The translations under genes were made by a program, and so were the position numbers. The notes under the pieces were generated by a model, which made no database searches, had not been told where the DNA came from, and saw only the letters and a list, made by a program, of their open reading frames with translations. 64,000 nt of DNA from a virus: positions 19,748 through 83,747 of the IMG/VR virus record IMGVR_UViG_3300030060_002972; one strand, 5' to 3'. This document shows positions 48,999 through 60,479 of the stretch, one piece after another (position 1 is the stretch's first letter; each line of letters starts with the position of its first letter).

Positions 48999-51900
48999 CT
49001 ATTTATCTTCTTCCAACTTGTCACCGTACAACTCCTTATCTCTGTAATCAAGTAGTTGCTGTGATACTTTACACACATCATCTATGTTAAGACCATGCTG
49101 TAGTATAGCCACAGCAGTATTAAGAGTAGCTAAGATAGTAATACCTTCTTGTTTTACCTTCTCAGCCTGCTGTCTATCCTCGTCCCTATGTATTTGTTGA
49201 TTTTTATAATAACCCATTTATATACCTCCATTGTTTTTATGAGTTTGATAGCCTCGTTTGCTACCATCGACATTGAACCAAGCTACTAGCTTGCGCTCTT
49301 GTCTAATCTGATTTAATGCAAGATGAGATGCGACTCTGAACGCAACTTTTTTTGTACCTAACATGCTGTGTATTAACTTTGTTTCATCTTTGGTCCAAAT
49401 CTCAACATAGCCATCATCAGCTTTATGTACAACGACATAGTCGTCTTTATACTCTTCTTGTATTGATTGTAGTTTCTCTACAATATCCATGTTTGCCTCC
49501 TTGGGTATGTGTACCCTATGATTGTAATTTTTTTTGGACATGTTTCTCATGCAACGTATCTAACAATAACTCTGCAACATAGTGTGGCGGGTAGTTGCCG
49601 TACTTTGCTATGACATCAGCACCAGTCTGTCCATTTAGTGCCTGATTAAAAACGTGGATATCAACAGTCATTTCTAGTAAACATTCTTTGACTGCCTCTA
49701 ACCATTCTTCATTTTGTTTATTTGACATGTGTCCTCCTTGAGTAGAATTCATGCATTATAGCATAATGTATCATAATGTATATAAGCATACTAATACCAA
49801 CCACACAAAAATAAATATGTACATGTAACTTACAAACTCATCATTCATTATCTTCCCTCCCTGTAATCTAACGGCTCTTCAAAGTCATCATCATCACCAT
49901 GTATTTTTACTAGCTTATAATGTCCTTTACAGTCGTTTGTGTTTACTTGTCCATTGAAATTACCATAAAAAGTTATATATACTTCATTATCTTCTTTATA
50001 TAAATTGAAGTCTAAATCTTTATAACCTTTTAAATCTGTTTCAACTATACCCCAAGTATCTTCTACAAATAATTCACTCATCATCTTCCTCCTTACCCAC
50101 GTCATGCATGGGGTCTAATAATTGCGGTAATATAAATGTAAAATGTAAGTACCACCATTCAGGGTTACCTTTTGCATCTCTAGCATCTTGATAATCATAA
50201 CCAAACTCAGACATATAGCGCAAAAGAGTATCATACTCATCTTTACACATAAGTAAAGTACAGGATGACACATGACCTAATTTAATAGCCAACTCCATGT
50301 CATCAGATAACATCTCACCATATCTACTATCTTGTAAATCATAATACCAAAAGCTAGTCTCCGGTTTCATCATCAGTAACCTCCTCACATATATCCCACT
50401 GAAAACCAGTGTAATTTGCTATAAGGTCGTTTTTCTTATACCATGTTACCGATGATAATTGTTGTGAGAATTTACTTTTTGCATCTGCCAAATCTTTAGC
50501 TTCAATTTGCAGTTCATATTCCACAACTTCACTACCTCTTAATATGTATTTCTTTTTCATAAGTCTTCTCCTTTGGGTACAGGTACCCTGTGGCTAGAGA
50601 TTGGATTTGCTCGTACGATGCATCTATTCTCTCTATTTAATACAGCTATGGATTCCATTCGTAACCACACAGTTTTATTGTCCTTGGTGATATGCCATAA
50701 CTTTAGGGTATTTTTCAGCTAACTCTGCATATCTTGTGATGATAGTAAAATGTTCATCACGAGTTAACTCAGCTCGTTCTCTTGCTTCTTGGCTCATCAT
50801 GTTATGACCGCCTTCATGTTGTACAGAAACAAATCTGTCAAACGTAAAATGGTCAATAGCATCGATACCTAAATCAACAGGTCTACTCATTGTTATATCT
50901 ACCTCCTATACCCAAACCACGCATATACACATGCACTGCATGGCTAACTATTGGGTCTAATTTTTTTTGTTTCATTAACAGACATATACAAGAGTGCCAC
51001 CTTACATGACACTCTTCATAATCTGGATAATTTCTTTCTAGATATTCGTACAAGTCTGTACCAAAGTTAAAACTGTATCTTAAACTTCGCAGTGTTTTCT
51101 TCATAAATTACCTCCGACTAGGGCATATAAACCGCTAGCTATCATAACTAAGCCAATTATGTAGAATAAAAGACCTGTGATAAACTGACGGTTCATAATG
51201 CACCCCAGTAAGCGTCTACATTTGTACGACTAACATCGCTAGTCGGTGACATGTAGTACGTTTGATAATGATTTTGCTTATCAATGGCATGGTCAAGAAG
51301 TAATTTCTCAAACATTGGGTACGGTACCCTACGAGCTTTTGCCTCTTTACTTCCACCATCTATCCAAGATAAGTGTTTGCCGGTAGTTACCGACCATTCG
51401 TTTTGGCATACATATTGCATACCGTGCATCTCTATGGCTACAGCAGTAACATAGCTGTACCATACTTTGATACCAACTTCATCATCTTTACAGTAGTAAA
51501 AATTACGTGTACTACGTGGATAATGTTTATTGTATAACATAATATTTTCTCCTATAGAATGTGTGACTAATCGTGAACAGGTCACTTTAATCTCACGCCT
51601 TAATCCTGTCTTAGCCACACAAATTTGGGTACAGTACCTTAAATATCGTACTCTACGTCCTTTTTGACTCTAGTACGTTTGTATTTGCCGTAACCTGTAG
51701 CTTTTGGCAACATACTTTTGTCATCAACCCAAAATCCTGCTAAGTCGTGCACTAGCACGTCTAGAATCATTAGGGCTGTAGCATCACCGTGCTTATCTTG
51801 AAGGGCATCAAGATTATCTAGCACGTATTGAACGAAACCTTCCGCATCATCTAACCAATCATAGAAATCAGCTTTGGGATGCTTGTCGGTGCTAACTTGG

Positions 51901-52137
51901 TTGGTCTGTGACTTCACGCCACTCACCTTTTACATTGACAAACCAAATGTCAGTGGCATAGACGGAGCCCATCTCGTCACAAAAGCCAATCTCTGAACCT
52001 TTGGTGTCTACAAGGATAGTTTTTTTGAGACCCTTTCCCTGTCTTGGTGATTCCATCAAGTACGATGTTACGGGGTCACCGAGTTGCACCGTCTTGAGTT
52101 TGTCACCTTTTTTCAGGTCTTTATATTGTACGCTCAT
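48999..52137 (-). other. Cluster of about 11 small early hypothetical genes (48999-49217, 49218-49550, 49516-49752, 49848-50105, 50074-50388, 50354-50560, 50675-50890, 50883-51104, 51193-51618, 51639-51926, 51892-52137)
   Basis: Tightly packed minus-strand ORFs, many with GGAG(G) RBS; mostly no counterparts in the early region of A. Confidence 0.65.
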
Positions 52138-52296
52138 TGCGTCACCTCACAGAATAAATTTCGGGTACAAGTACCCAATAAGCCGGCACTTGACACGATG
52201 GGATTACAAGTATAAACTACTAGTGACAACCACCTAGTTAATAAATACATAAGTGCTAGTACACACGATGAGTTAATACAAGTAATCATAAATCCT

Positions 52297-52324
52297 ATTA
52301 TAACATCTATGTTCATAAAGTCAA
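52297..52324 (-). promoter_or_regulatory. Early promoter TTGACT-N16-TATAAT with extended -10
   Basis: Minus strand TTGACTttatgaacatagaTGtTATAAT, upstream of the early cluster. Confidence 0.65.
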
Positions 52325-52471
52325 TACACAAATAATAATTACATTTCCTGTACACATCTTAAGTTTATTTTTGTACCCTCTTTGTACCTTGTTATTTTTT
52401 CCCTGTTAAAAAGTTATTATTGTAAAAGTTATTTTTTGGGTACGTGTACCCTAATCTTTTTCTTAGTTCTA

Positions 52472-52499
52472 TTTACTTAATCCGTTTTGATGATATAAT
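52472..52499 (+). promoter_or_regulatory. Extended -10 promoter (TGaTATAAT) for the orphan gene
   Basis: TTTACT-N16-TATAAT. Confidence 0.55.
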
Positions 52500-52544
52500 G
52501 CTTTTATTATGTTTATTAAGTGTATCGGTGGTAAGGAAAAAAGT

Positions 52545-53237
52545 ATGGCTAAAGTAAAAGCGGGTACTAGTACCCAAACCACTAAATTAAATTCAAGGGC
52601 TGATTATATCAGTAACTATAAGGCGGAGATGGTAAACGGGATTATCAATAATTATAATTCCGCAAATCAATGCCTAGAGGATGCATTAAAGCACCGTATT
52701 GCTGTTGCACGTATTCTAGTAATCAATGAAAAAGAATATGATGTAATTGATGACAAAAAAGTTAAAGCAAACTTTAAGAAGTCGTGGCAGTTCGGCGCTA
52801 GCAATCCAGAAAAACTGAATGATAAAGCGCTAGAAAATTGGAATAAGAATTTTAAGAAATATATCAAGTCTTATAATTTCTTGAATGCTTGTTTCAAGCT
52901 ACGTAAATGGTTAACGGATGACGGCTTGGATATTGACCGTAAAAGGATTAAACAAGCTATGTTGTCTCCGCAAACTATTGCTAATATGACGGGCTCCAGA
53001 ACCTTAGGCGACGAGTTAGGCAAAAAAGTAGAGGGTCAAACCACTACTAAAGTTAAAGGTCCTAAAAAAGTTGACTATCAAAAACAGGTTGAAGAGTTTA
53101 AGCAACTTATAGAAAAAGGAATTAGTTCCGATGATGCCGATGGTATCGATGTTGATGGAGTTAAAATGATGCTATCTAGTATTCAAAACTTAATCAATAA
53201 ACGTGGAGTTAATTTTGTTACTTCAGTAATTAATTAA
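52545..53237 (+). CDS. Stand-alone basic hypothetical protein in the control region of B
   Basis: TAAGGA RBS before MAKVK; own promoter; flanked by a 12-bp inverted repeat. Confidence 0.75.
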   Translation: MAKVKAGTSTQTTKLNSRADYISNYKAEMVNGIINNYNSANQCLEDALKHRIAVARILVINEKEYDVIDDKKVKANFKKSWQFGASNPEKLNDKALENWNKNFKKYIKSYNFLNACFKLRKWLTDDGLDIDRKRIKQAMLSPQTIANMTGSRTLGDELGKKVEGQTTTKVKGPKKVDYQKQVEEFKQLIEKGISSDDADGIDVDGVKMMLSSIQNLINKRGVNFVTSVIN

Positions 53238-53595
53238 ATAAACATAAAAATCAAATCAAATAAAATCCACCGATACACACACAGAGAATTATATTTTTTG
53301 TAATCATTTTTTAACTAATTAATTTTTATACAATCTTCTTTTAAGTTCAAAACTTATGATCAAGAGTAATATTAAACAGTATTAAAAACATGTTTCTTTT
53401 TTCTTGGTCAAATTTTTTCTGTTGCCAGCTGACCCCCCGTGGGCGACCACCCACCCCCGTCATATATATAAATATACATAGGGTTTTTATTCATCTACCC
53501 ATTTTTACCCAAAAATTAAGGTACATGTACCCAACTATAATATGTAATGATTACAGGTACTTACAAATCCCCCACTAGTTACCCAAAAATAACAC

Positions 53596-53625
53596 TTGAC
53601 TTATGCAAATTTCTTACTGTATTAT
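53596..53625 (+). promoter_or_regulatory. Sigma70-like promoter TTGACT-N18-TATTAT for the late module
   Basis: Upstream of the TerS-like gene; same position as the promoters in A. Confidence 0.45.
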
Positions 53626-53691
53626 TATAAAGCCTATATTAATTGGTGTAATTACTTGACAAATTGATTTTGGTACATTAGGAGGCACTTA

Positions 53692-54177
53692 ATGAACAAC
53701 ACACTAAGTAAATTATTCCCTGAAACTAATGATTACAATACTAAGATATGGAAATTCCTAGAATTAAGTTACAGCAAAGGCTGGTCATACCGTGCAACCA
53801 GTAAAGAATTAAATATTGACCACAAGACAGTAAAGAATATATTAGAATCTGTAAAAGATACAGAAACATATAAAGTATTTATGACAAAAATAGAAGCTAC
53901 TGTGCAATCATTTAGTGATAAAAAGTTTAAGCACACTATATTTGACAGATATGAGAAGACATTGGCGGATTTGGACAAGAAAATAAAACAATCTGAAGAT
54001 AATGATGACAAGAAAGACGTAGTTAACTACTATAAATTAAAATTAGCGGTGCTAAAAGACCAATTAAGAGCATCACTAGCTGTGCAAACTACAGAAACAC
54101 AACAAATTGCTATAGAAAATGCAATAACTACGTTACAAGATGAAGCATGGGAGGAGTATGGTGAAAAAATCCAGTAA
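53692..54177 (+). CDS. HTH protein, putative terminase small subunit
   Basis: WSYRATSKELNIDHKTVKN; AGGAGG RBS. Confidence 0.55.
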   Translation: MNNTLSKLFPETNDYNTKIWKFLELSYSKGWSYRATSKELNIDHKTVKNILESVKDTETYKVFMTKIEATVQSFSDKKFKHTIFDRYEKTLADLDKKIKQSEDNDDKKDVVNYYKLKLAVLKDQLRASLAVQTTETQQIAIENAITTLQDEAWEEYGEKIQ

Positions 54178-54266
54178 CTTTTTACCAGATAGTAAAAATA
54201 TTGTAGATGACTTCAATAACTCAAACGGCAGGTACTTACCTGTGTGGATGAGAAGAGAGGAGCAAC

Positions 54267-54536
54267 ATGGCAAGAAAGAAATCCAGCAGCAAAAGCCCAG
54301 CGTGGCAAAGAAAAGCAGGAAAAAATCCTAGCGGCGGATTAAATGCTGCAGGTAGGGCAAGTTACAATCGTGAAACTGGCGGTAACTTAAAAGCGCCTAC
54401 AAAAAAGAAAGGTAATAAAAGAAGAAAATCTTTTTGTGCTAGAATGAGAGGTATGAAAAGAAAATTAACATCAGCAAAAACAGCAAGAGACCCTAACTCA
54501 CGTATTAATAAAGCGTTGAGAGCATGGGATTGCTAG
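54267..54536 (+). CDS. Small basic phage protein (GGLxAAGR family)
   Basis: GGLNAAGRASYN...SFCARM...ALRAWDC. Confidence 0.8.
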   Translation: MARKKSSSKSPAWQRKAGKNPSGGLNAAGRASYNRETGGNLKAPTKKKGNKRRKSFCARMRGMKRKLTSAKTARDPNSRINKALRAWDC

Positions 54537-54548
54537 GAGGAAACACAT

Positions 54549-54695
54549 ATGCCAATGGGTAAAGGAACATACGGTAGCAAAAAAGGGAGACCAAAGAAGA
54601 ATGGTGCCAAAAAATTAATGGCAAAGAACCCTAAGATGCCAAAAGGTGTAGCTAAAGCTATTGCTAAGAATATGAAGAAGAAGAGGATGGGATAA
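54549..54695 (+). CDS. Small basic protein MPMGKGTYGSKKGRPKK
   Basis: Read manually; AGGAGG RBS. Confidence 0.7.
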   Translation: MPMGKGTYGSKKGRPKKNGAKKLMAKNPKMPKGVAKAIAKNMKKKRMG

Positions 54696-54696
54696 A

Positions 54697-54897
54697 ATGC
54701 CTTGGTGGTTATTAAAAATAATCCCATCTATATCTAAATTTTTATTTGGCTGGTGGAGTAAACGTGGTCAAGATAAAAAAGATATAGAATTAAAGTCTGC
54801 TAACCACGCATTGTATGTAAAAGAGTTAGAGGAACAGGCAAAGAAAGATGCAAATAAAAAAATTGATAATGCTACTGATTATCTTGATAAGCCTTAG
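54697..54897 (+). CDS. Putative i-spanin-like membrane protein
   Basis: N-terminal hydrophobic segment plus coiled coil; overlaps a lipoprotein gene. Confidence 0.45.
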   Translation: MPWWLLKIIPSISKFLFGWWSKRGQDKKDIELKSANHALYVKELEEQAKKDANKKIDNATDYLDKP

Positions 54898-55069
54898 CGG
54901 TTGTTCAATATTAAGTAGCAAAGTAAAATTTATTAAACCTGAGTGCCCACAAGCGCCTGACTGTAGTAATGCAGAAAACAAAGTAGAGTGCTGGGCATAT
55001 CAGAAACAAAGTTATAAAGCATGTATTAATATGCATGACAAAGCGTGGGATAAGTTAAATAGTTATTAA
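54848..55069 (+). CDS. Lipoprotein, putative o-spanin
   Basis: Lipobox LSGC after a hydrophobic signal; Pro/Cys-containing mature part. Confidence 0.55.
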   Translation: MQIKKLIMLLIILISLSGCSILSSKVKFIKPECPQAPDCSNAENKVECWAYQKQSYKACINMHDKAWDKLNSY

Positions 55070-55226
55070 CATTCCATAAGGCATGGATAAAAAGCCTCTC
55101 ATAGTTCATGAGTTACAAGAACAGGGAGGTAGATATGAAAAATATCAGAGCTGCTCAATTGAGAGTATATCAAAGGGCACAAAGGAAAAGAAGAAATTTA
55201 TGTACGTTCATCAAATTAAGTTATTG

Positions 55227-55279
55227 CTAGATAGGTTGTGGCGAAGGCAAGGAGACTTGCAGCCAAACAACCTGTTTAG
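55227..55279 (+). ncRNA. Putative structured RNA with GAGA tetraloop upstream of TerL (copy B)
   Basis: CTAGATAGGTTGT GGC gaag GCAAG gaga CTTGC a GCC aa ACAACCTGTTTAG. Confidence 0.6.
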
Positions 55280-55339
55280 TAAGACAAACATATTACACAT
55301 AATAATCCAAGTATCATTACTAGGAGTGATATCAATTTT

Positions 55340-56860
55340 ATGATAAGAGACTGGTGGTACAAAGACCCTAAGATGTTAGCGTTGTGGCACAAGATACACA
55401 ATATGACACCAGAGGAATTAGATAATGTGGATAAAAAAATTATTCAAGAGTTACAATACTGGTATGGAAACTTATTTTTCTTTAATCCGTACCCTGCACA
55501 AAAGCCCATTGTGGACGATAATAATTTCAGTGTTTATGTACACGGTAATAATTCTAGTGGTAAGTCATATTGTAGCGCAGCTGTTACAGCTTATAACGTA
55601 ATAGGTTGGCATCCTAATCTAGAGATAGCTAAACCTAAATATGGTAATAGAATTATCTGGGCATTTAGTCCATCGTTTGATATACAACGTACTTCTAGTC
55701 AGGTGCATTTATTTTCTACAGATACTCCTAATGACATTGGGTTATTACCATCTATAGAAAGTATAGAAAAACGTGGGGGTAAAGTAGCCTGGGGTAAAAA
55801 TAGATGTATTGATTTTGTAAGATTTTGGGACGGTACAATCTTAGAATTTAAATCGGCTGAAATGAAAACGCAAAACCTTCAAGCCTCCGGTATTGACTTT
55901 TGCTGGTTTGATGAGTGTCCGTCCCAGACAATGCATGATGAGATTCTTGCTAGGTTGTTAAGAAAGTCTGGCAAAATGCTTATGAGTTTTATTGTAGAAG
56001 ATGCTACTAGTAATTATATTGTACAAGATATATATGGTAGGAACGAAGAAGATGAACATACTTCGTTTCATTTTATTGATGTATATGATAACCTATCCTT
56101 AGAGAAAGAAGAGATAGAAAGATATAAGAAAAGATTTACTGAGTCAGCTATGCACTGGAGATTTAGCCAAGGTGGTAAATTTCAATTGCAACCACAAGGT
56201 GCTATTGTATACCCTGACTTTAGTGAACAACACGTAGTGGACGATTTAACAGAACAGTATGACCCATTACGTACATTGTGGAGAGGTTGGGACCTAGGGT
56301 TTACACGTCCCGCATGTGTTGCTTTTCAAATAGATAAAAACGGCAACAAGAATGTTCTGTATTGTAAGATGGGTAAAAATATACAGCTAACTGATTTTAT
56401 AGATGAAGTTAATGCATACCAAAATGAGATAATGCCTGAAGTGCAAAGCACTATGGATTTGTTACCTCATGATGCTAATAGGAAATACGATGTGTCTCCT
56501 AACACTAGTGCAACAATATTTAAACGCAAAGGATTGCAAACAGATGTTGTTTATGTTAAAAGAGACACCAGTGTCGAATTAGCTAATGAAGAGTTAAAAG
56601 AATTTAGTGCGGGTATACCTAAAATTAAATTAGACTCTAAGCATTGTACACTTCTAATACAAGCATTGTCAGCATATACCCGTGAAGAACAAACAGGACA
56701 GCCAAGAAGAGATAAATATTTTGAACATGTAAGTGATGCGTTTAAACTAGGATTGTATTACATATCAAAAAAATTATTACAAACAGATTCGTTTGCACCG
56801 AATGAACCTAAATATTATTCTATGGATTTTGATGTAAACAAAGAGAGGTTACTAAATTGA
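55340..56860 (+). CDS. terL: Terminase large subunit
   Basis: GNNSSGKS, WFDE, WDLG, HVSDA. Confidence 0.9.
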   Translation: MIRDWWYKDPKMLALWHKIHNMTPEELDNVDKKIIQELQYWYGNLFFFNPYPAQKPIVDDNNFSVYVHGNNSSGKSYCSAAVTAYNVIGWHPNLEIAKPKYGNRIIWAFSPSFDIQRTSSQVHLFSTDTPNDIGLLPSIESIEKRGGKVAWGKNRCIDFVRFWDGTILEFKSAEMKTQNLQASGIDFCWFDECPSQTMHDEILARLLRKSGKMLMSFIVEDATSNYIVQDIYGRNEEDEHTSFHFIDVYDNLSLEKEEIERYKKRFTESAMHWRFSQGGKFQLQPQGAIVYPDFSEQHVVDDLTEQYDPLRTLWRGWDLGFTRPACVAFQIDKNGNKNVLYCKMGKNIQLTDFIDEVNAYQNEIMPEVQSTMDLLPHDANRKYDVSPNTSATIFKRKGLQTDVVYVKRDTSVELANEELKEFSAGIPKIKLDSKHCTLLIQALSAYTREEQTGQPRRDKYFEHVSDAFKLGLYYISKKLLQTDSFAPNEPKYYSMDFDVNKERLLN

Positions 56861-58620
56861 ACGAAAAAGATATAATCAAATTTCATTCACATATTAAAGC
56901 TGCAGCAACAGGCGAATATGATATGGCATCAGCAGAGTGGAAAGAGAACATGCGTTTCTACATGGATGAGTATAGTTTTAACAATAAGATAGATTGGCAA
57001 ACAAAAATCAAAGACCCTATAGTAGATAACTTAGTAGTTAGAATGTCTAACTATTTTGTACGTATACTAATGTCAACTGATAATAAATATTTTACTGTAG
57101 AACATCCTGACAAAAATGTACAAACTGGATTAAATAAATTATTAGAACAATCATTAATACAAAATAGATTTCCGTTAGTATTTGGTGATGCATTAAAAAT
57201 GGCATTACTAACTGCACCGTATATAACTAAAATTAATTATACATATACAGAAGAAACATACCCACAATTTAATGAAGAGAACGGAGAGATTGAACCGCAA
57301 AAAGAAACAGTGGGTAGAGTAAATATTAAACCTGTTAATCCATTTAATGTAATGATGGACCCTGACGGTAATAATTATATAATAGAAACAAAACGTTGTT
57401 CAGTCGCTGAGTATCAGTCTTTAGCTAGAGTGAACAATTGGAACAAAACAAAAACTATACTACAAGAGTCTGTTAACAAATCAGAGGGGGATGTTGATTA
57501 TGTCTCTGATGTTAAATTAGATTATGTATATAGTAAGTATATTTCGGATGCTCGTGGACAGGTCCTTGACGAGAATATACATTATGTAGTCGCTAATGAT
57601 AGACATATTGTATACTACGGTAAAAACAATTTACCAAACGGTGAATTTCCATATTGTGTGGGATTCCCAATGAAAGTATTACAAGGTCGTTATGGTAGGG
57701 GTTATATTACAAAATTAAGAAGCCTGCTTAGCTCATACGTAGAAAGTATGAATTTGTTGCTAGATGCATTTACAATTTCCACACTGGGCGTATATGAAGT
57801 TGTAACTGCCAACATAGAATCTGGCAAAGCCCATTTGTTTGGTAGCGTGGTGCCTGGACGTATGTATCCAGTCTCTGCTCCAAATACTATAAACCAGGTG
57901 TATAACAACGCATTAAACCCAAATGCCGTAAACCTATTATTTACAATAGACCGTTTGATTCAAAATAGGTCGTTTCAAAACGAGTTTTTTCAAGGACAAC
58001 CCACAAGTAAAGGTAGACCTACAGCGTCAGAGATAGCAACTAAAACACAAGAGACTTCTAGTTTCTTTACTGATATTGCCAGTGAGATAGAGAGAAGTAT
58101 TATAGAACCTTCATTACAAACGTTGCTACATACAGAACTGATGTACATGGATGACGATTTTCATGCACCGTTATTTACAGAAGATGAAACAGATAAAGCT
58201 GTTGTAACGTTGCTAGGCATGTCATTTAACGAACGTATGAAACTTGTAAAAGATGCAAGAATAAGAGTACGAGGAGTATCCGGTAAGGTAATGAAGATGA
58301 GTAACTTTAACAAACTAATGCAGATTGTTAATGTTATAGGCAATATGCCGAAAGTTGCAAATGCGGTAGACCCTACTAAATTTGTACAAAGAATCTTTGA
58401 GAGCTTTGATGAAGCGCCTGAAGATTTACTAAACATGGAGATGATAGAGAACGTCAATCAGCCAGAGGGTACTGTACCCGAAACTCCACAAGGTCCAGCA
58501 ATGCCAGGTGCGCCTGGTGGATTAAATGGTATGGGACAATCACCTGCAGGCAACGAACCACAACAACAATTAGAGGAGGTCTTAGCAAATGTCAGAAGAA
58601 ACCAAAGACAACAACAATGA
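56857..58620 (+). CDS. Portal protein
   Basis: Homolog of 15779-17491. Confidence 0.8.
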   Translation: MNEKDIIKFHSHIKAAATGEYDMASAEWKENMRFYMDEYSFNNKIDWQTKIKDPIVDNLVVRMSNYFVRILMSTDNKYFTVEHPDKNVQTGLNKLLEQSLIQNRFPLVFGDALKMALLTAPYITKINYTYTEETYPQFNEENGEIEPQKETVGRVNIKPVNPFNVMMDPDGNNYIIETKRCSVAEYQSLARVNNWNKTKTILQESVNKSEGDVDYVSDVKLDYVYSKYISDARGQVLDENIHYVVANDRHIVYYGKNNLPNGEFPYCVGFPMKVLQGRYGRGYITKLRSLLSSYVESMNLLLDAFTISTLGVYEVVTANIESGKAHLFGSVVPGRMYPVSAPNTINQVYNNALNPNAVNLLFTIDRLIQNRSFQNEFFQGQPTSKGRPTASEIATKTQETSSFFTDIASEIERSIIEPSLQTLLHTELMYMDDDFHAPLFTEDETDKAVVTLLGMSFNERMKLVKDARIRVRGVSGKVMKMSNFNKLMQIVNVIGNMPKVANAVDPTKFVQRIFESFDEAPEDLLNMEMIENVNQPEGTVPETPQGPAMPGAPGGLNGMGQSPAGNEPQQQLEEVLANVRRNQRQQQ

Positions 58621-59101
58621 GACTCGTGTTAAAATTAACACAAAAGATGCGGCAGCAGCAATGCTACCAGCAGGAGTTGACGTAGAAAAATTAACTCCAG
58701 AACAACAACTTAATGTTACATCCACTATGGTAAAAGCATCCCGTTTACATGAAAAAGCCATAGAAGGTTTAACAGCAGAAGAACAAGATGTGTTTAATGC
58801 AATTTTGTTATCAACACCAGACGATATGGATGTTGAAGAACGATTTGCAAAAGCACAAGATTTGTTTATAAAAACGGTTAAGAAACCAGAACAAGTAGAA
58901 ACAGTGGAAGAGAAAGAAGCAACAAAAATTTCTCCTAAAGGAGAGATGGATGTAACTACACCTGTCACTGTTAAAGATAGTAATTTGTTAACTGAAGTAA
59001 ATGATGCACCTTACGGTGACGATGATGCTTATTTTAAGTATCTAGAAGATAGATACAAAAAACAAACTACTGTCAAAAGGCAAAAAGAAATAATTAATTA
59101 G
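58589..59101 (+). CDS. Putative scaffolding protein
   Basis: Homolog of 17466-17999. Confidence 0.6.
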   Translation: MSEETKDNNNETRVKINTKDAAAAMLPAGVDVEKLTPEQQLNVTSTMVKASRLHEKAIEGLTAEEQDVFNAILLSTPDDMDVEERFAKAQDLFIKTVKKPEQVETVEEKEATKISPKGEMDVTTPVTVKDSNLLTEVNDAPYGDDDAYFKYLEDRYKKQTTVKRQKEIIN

Positions 59102-59113
59102 GAGGAATAAATC

Positions 59114-60058
59114 ATGCCACAAGGAGCAATTAGCTACTTAAATGAAGAGGCGAGATTAGCCAAAATTAAAATTGATTCAGATATCAGATTTCAAGCTGGT
59201 AACATGATGCAATTTAGAACGCTATCAAAACCAATTCAATCATATGGTAAGAACAAAGGTTCACAAGTAGAGATTGAGAAGTATCAAAAACTATCACAAG
59301 CTACTTCTACTATTTCTGAACTACAGTCTTTACCAATGCAAAAACCTAGCGTTGGATTTGTAGTAGCCACAGTAGCGGAATATGGTAATGGTGTATCTTA
59401 TACAAGAAAAGCACAAACTCTTGCAGAGTATTCTGTAGACGAAACTCTAAAGAAAATACTTGCAATGAATGTTGCTGAATCTATGGATAAGATTGCTGGT
59501 ACTGAATTCCAAAACTCTGACGTATTCTACACACCAACATCAACTACAGCAGGAACATTAGATAAAGATGGGACTGTAAGCACAAGTGCAGGCGCAAGTA
59601 TTACATCTGCACATATTAGAGACATTATCAGAAATCTTAAAACTGATAACGTGCCAAAATGGGACGGAAATTCTTATTTAGGAATCTTCTCACCATTCGC
59701 AATGGCAAAACTATTTGAAGATACTGCAAGCGGAAGCATTGTAGACTTACACAAATATGACCAACCAGAGAACTTAATCAATGGTGAAATTGGTCAATAC
59801 TTTGGAATGAGAATGATAGAAGAGAACAACGTTCTTTCTAACACAATCGGTGGGTCAGCACACAATGGTGAAGCTATAGTTTGTGGATTCGAACCAGTAG
59901 TAGAAGTGTTAGCACAACCTGAAACTACAATGGTAGAATCTTGGGACTTCGGTAGATTCACAGGTGTTGCCTGGAACGCACTGACAGGGTTCAAAAAAGT
60001 TTGGACTAATTCAACTGACGGTGAGTATCATATGTTACGTATACACAGTAACGACTAG
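59114..60058 (+). CDS. Major capsid protein
   Basis: Same length (314 aa) as and highly similar to 18019-18963. Confidence 0.85.
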   Translation: MPQGAISYLNEEARLAKIKIDSDIRFQAGNMMQFRTLSKPIQSYGKNKGSQVEIEKYQKLSQATSTISELQSLPMQKPSVGFVVATVAEYGNGVSYTRKAQTLAEYSVDETLKKILAMNVAESMDKIAGTEFQNSDVFYTPTSTTAGTLDKDGTVSTSAGASITSAHIRDIIRNLKTDNVPKWDGNSYLGIFSPFAMAKLFEDTASGSIVDLHKYDQPENLINGEIGQYFGMRMIEENNVLSNTIGGSAHNGEAIVCGFEPVVEVLAQPETTMVESWDFGRFTGVAWNALTGFKKVWTNSTDGEYHMLRIHSND

Positions 60059-60071
60059 GAGGTAAAATAAC

Positions 60072-60479
60072 ATGGCTTTTAATAGTAAAGTACAATTTGC
60101 TATGATTCCGGTATCAGCTGACCTTGATGGAACAGCTGGTGATGACTTTACCTTCAAGGTAAATCATCCTATGGTTATCCATAGATTTGAATTTATAGTA
60201 CAAACTGCAGTTGTAGCTACATCTACTGCACCAGTAGTATCATTAGATTTTACTGACACAGTAGGCAGCGTATCTAGAGCTGAGAAAGTAACACTAACAA
60301 TTCCAAACACTACAGCAGCTGGTGTAACAATAGAAGCGGACTTAACTCCGTTCTTTGTACAAGACACTGACATCTTACACTTTGAGAGAAAAACTCAAGG
60401 TGCTGGTGGCACAACAGCTGGTGACGGGTTTTATCTTTTATATTACGAGTTAATTCCTGACGGCAATGGAGTTGCATAA
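60072..60479 (+). CDS. Putative capsid decoration protein
   Basis: Homolog of 18977-19384. Confidence 0.5.
   Translation: MAFNSKVQFAMIPVSADLDGTAGDDFTFKVNHPMVIHRFEFIVQTAVVATSTAPVVSLDFTDTVGSVSRAEKVTLTIPNTTAAGVTIEADLTPFFVQDTDILHFERKTQGAGGTTAGDGFYLLYYELIPDGNGVA

Noticed and set aside
50575-52575. Clustered GGGTAC repeats as a CRISPR array
   Set aside because: Repeats are only 13-15 bp, irregularly spaced, and separated by or embedded in genes.
55083-55343. 86-aa ORF from the track
   Set aside because: Runs through the conserved RNA structure and has no homolog in A; a shorter ORF at 55135-55230 with a GGGAGG RBS is more plausible.
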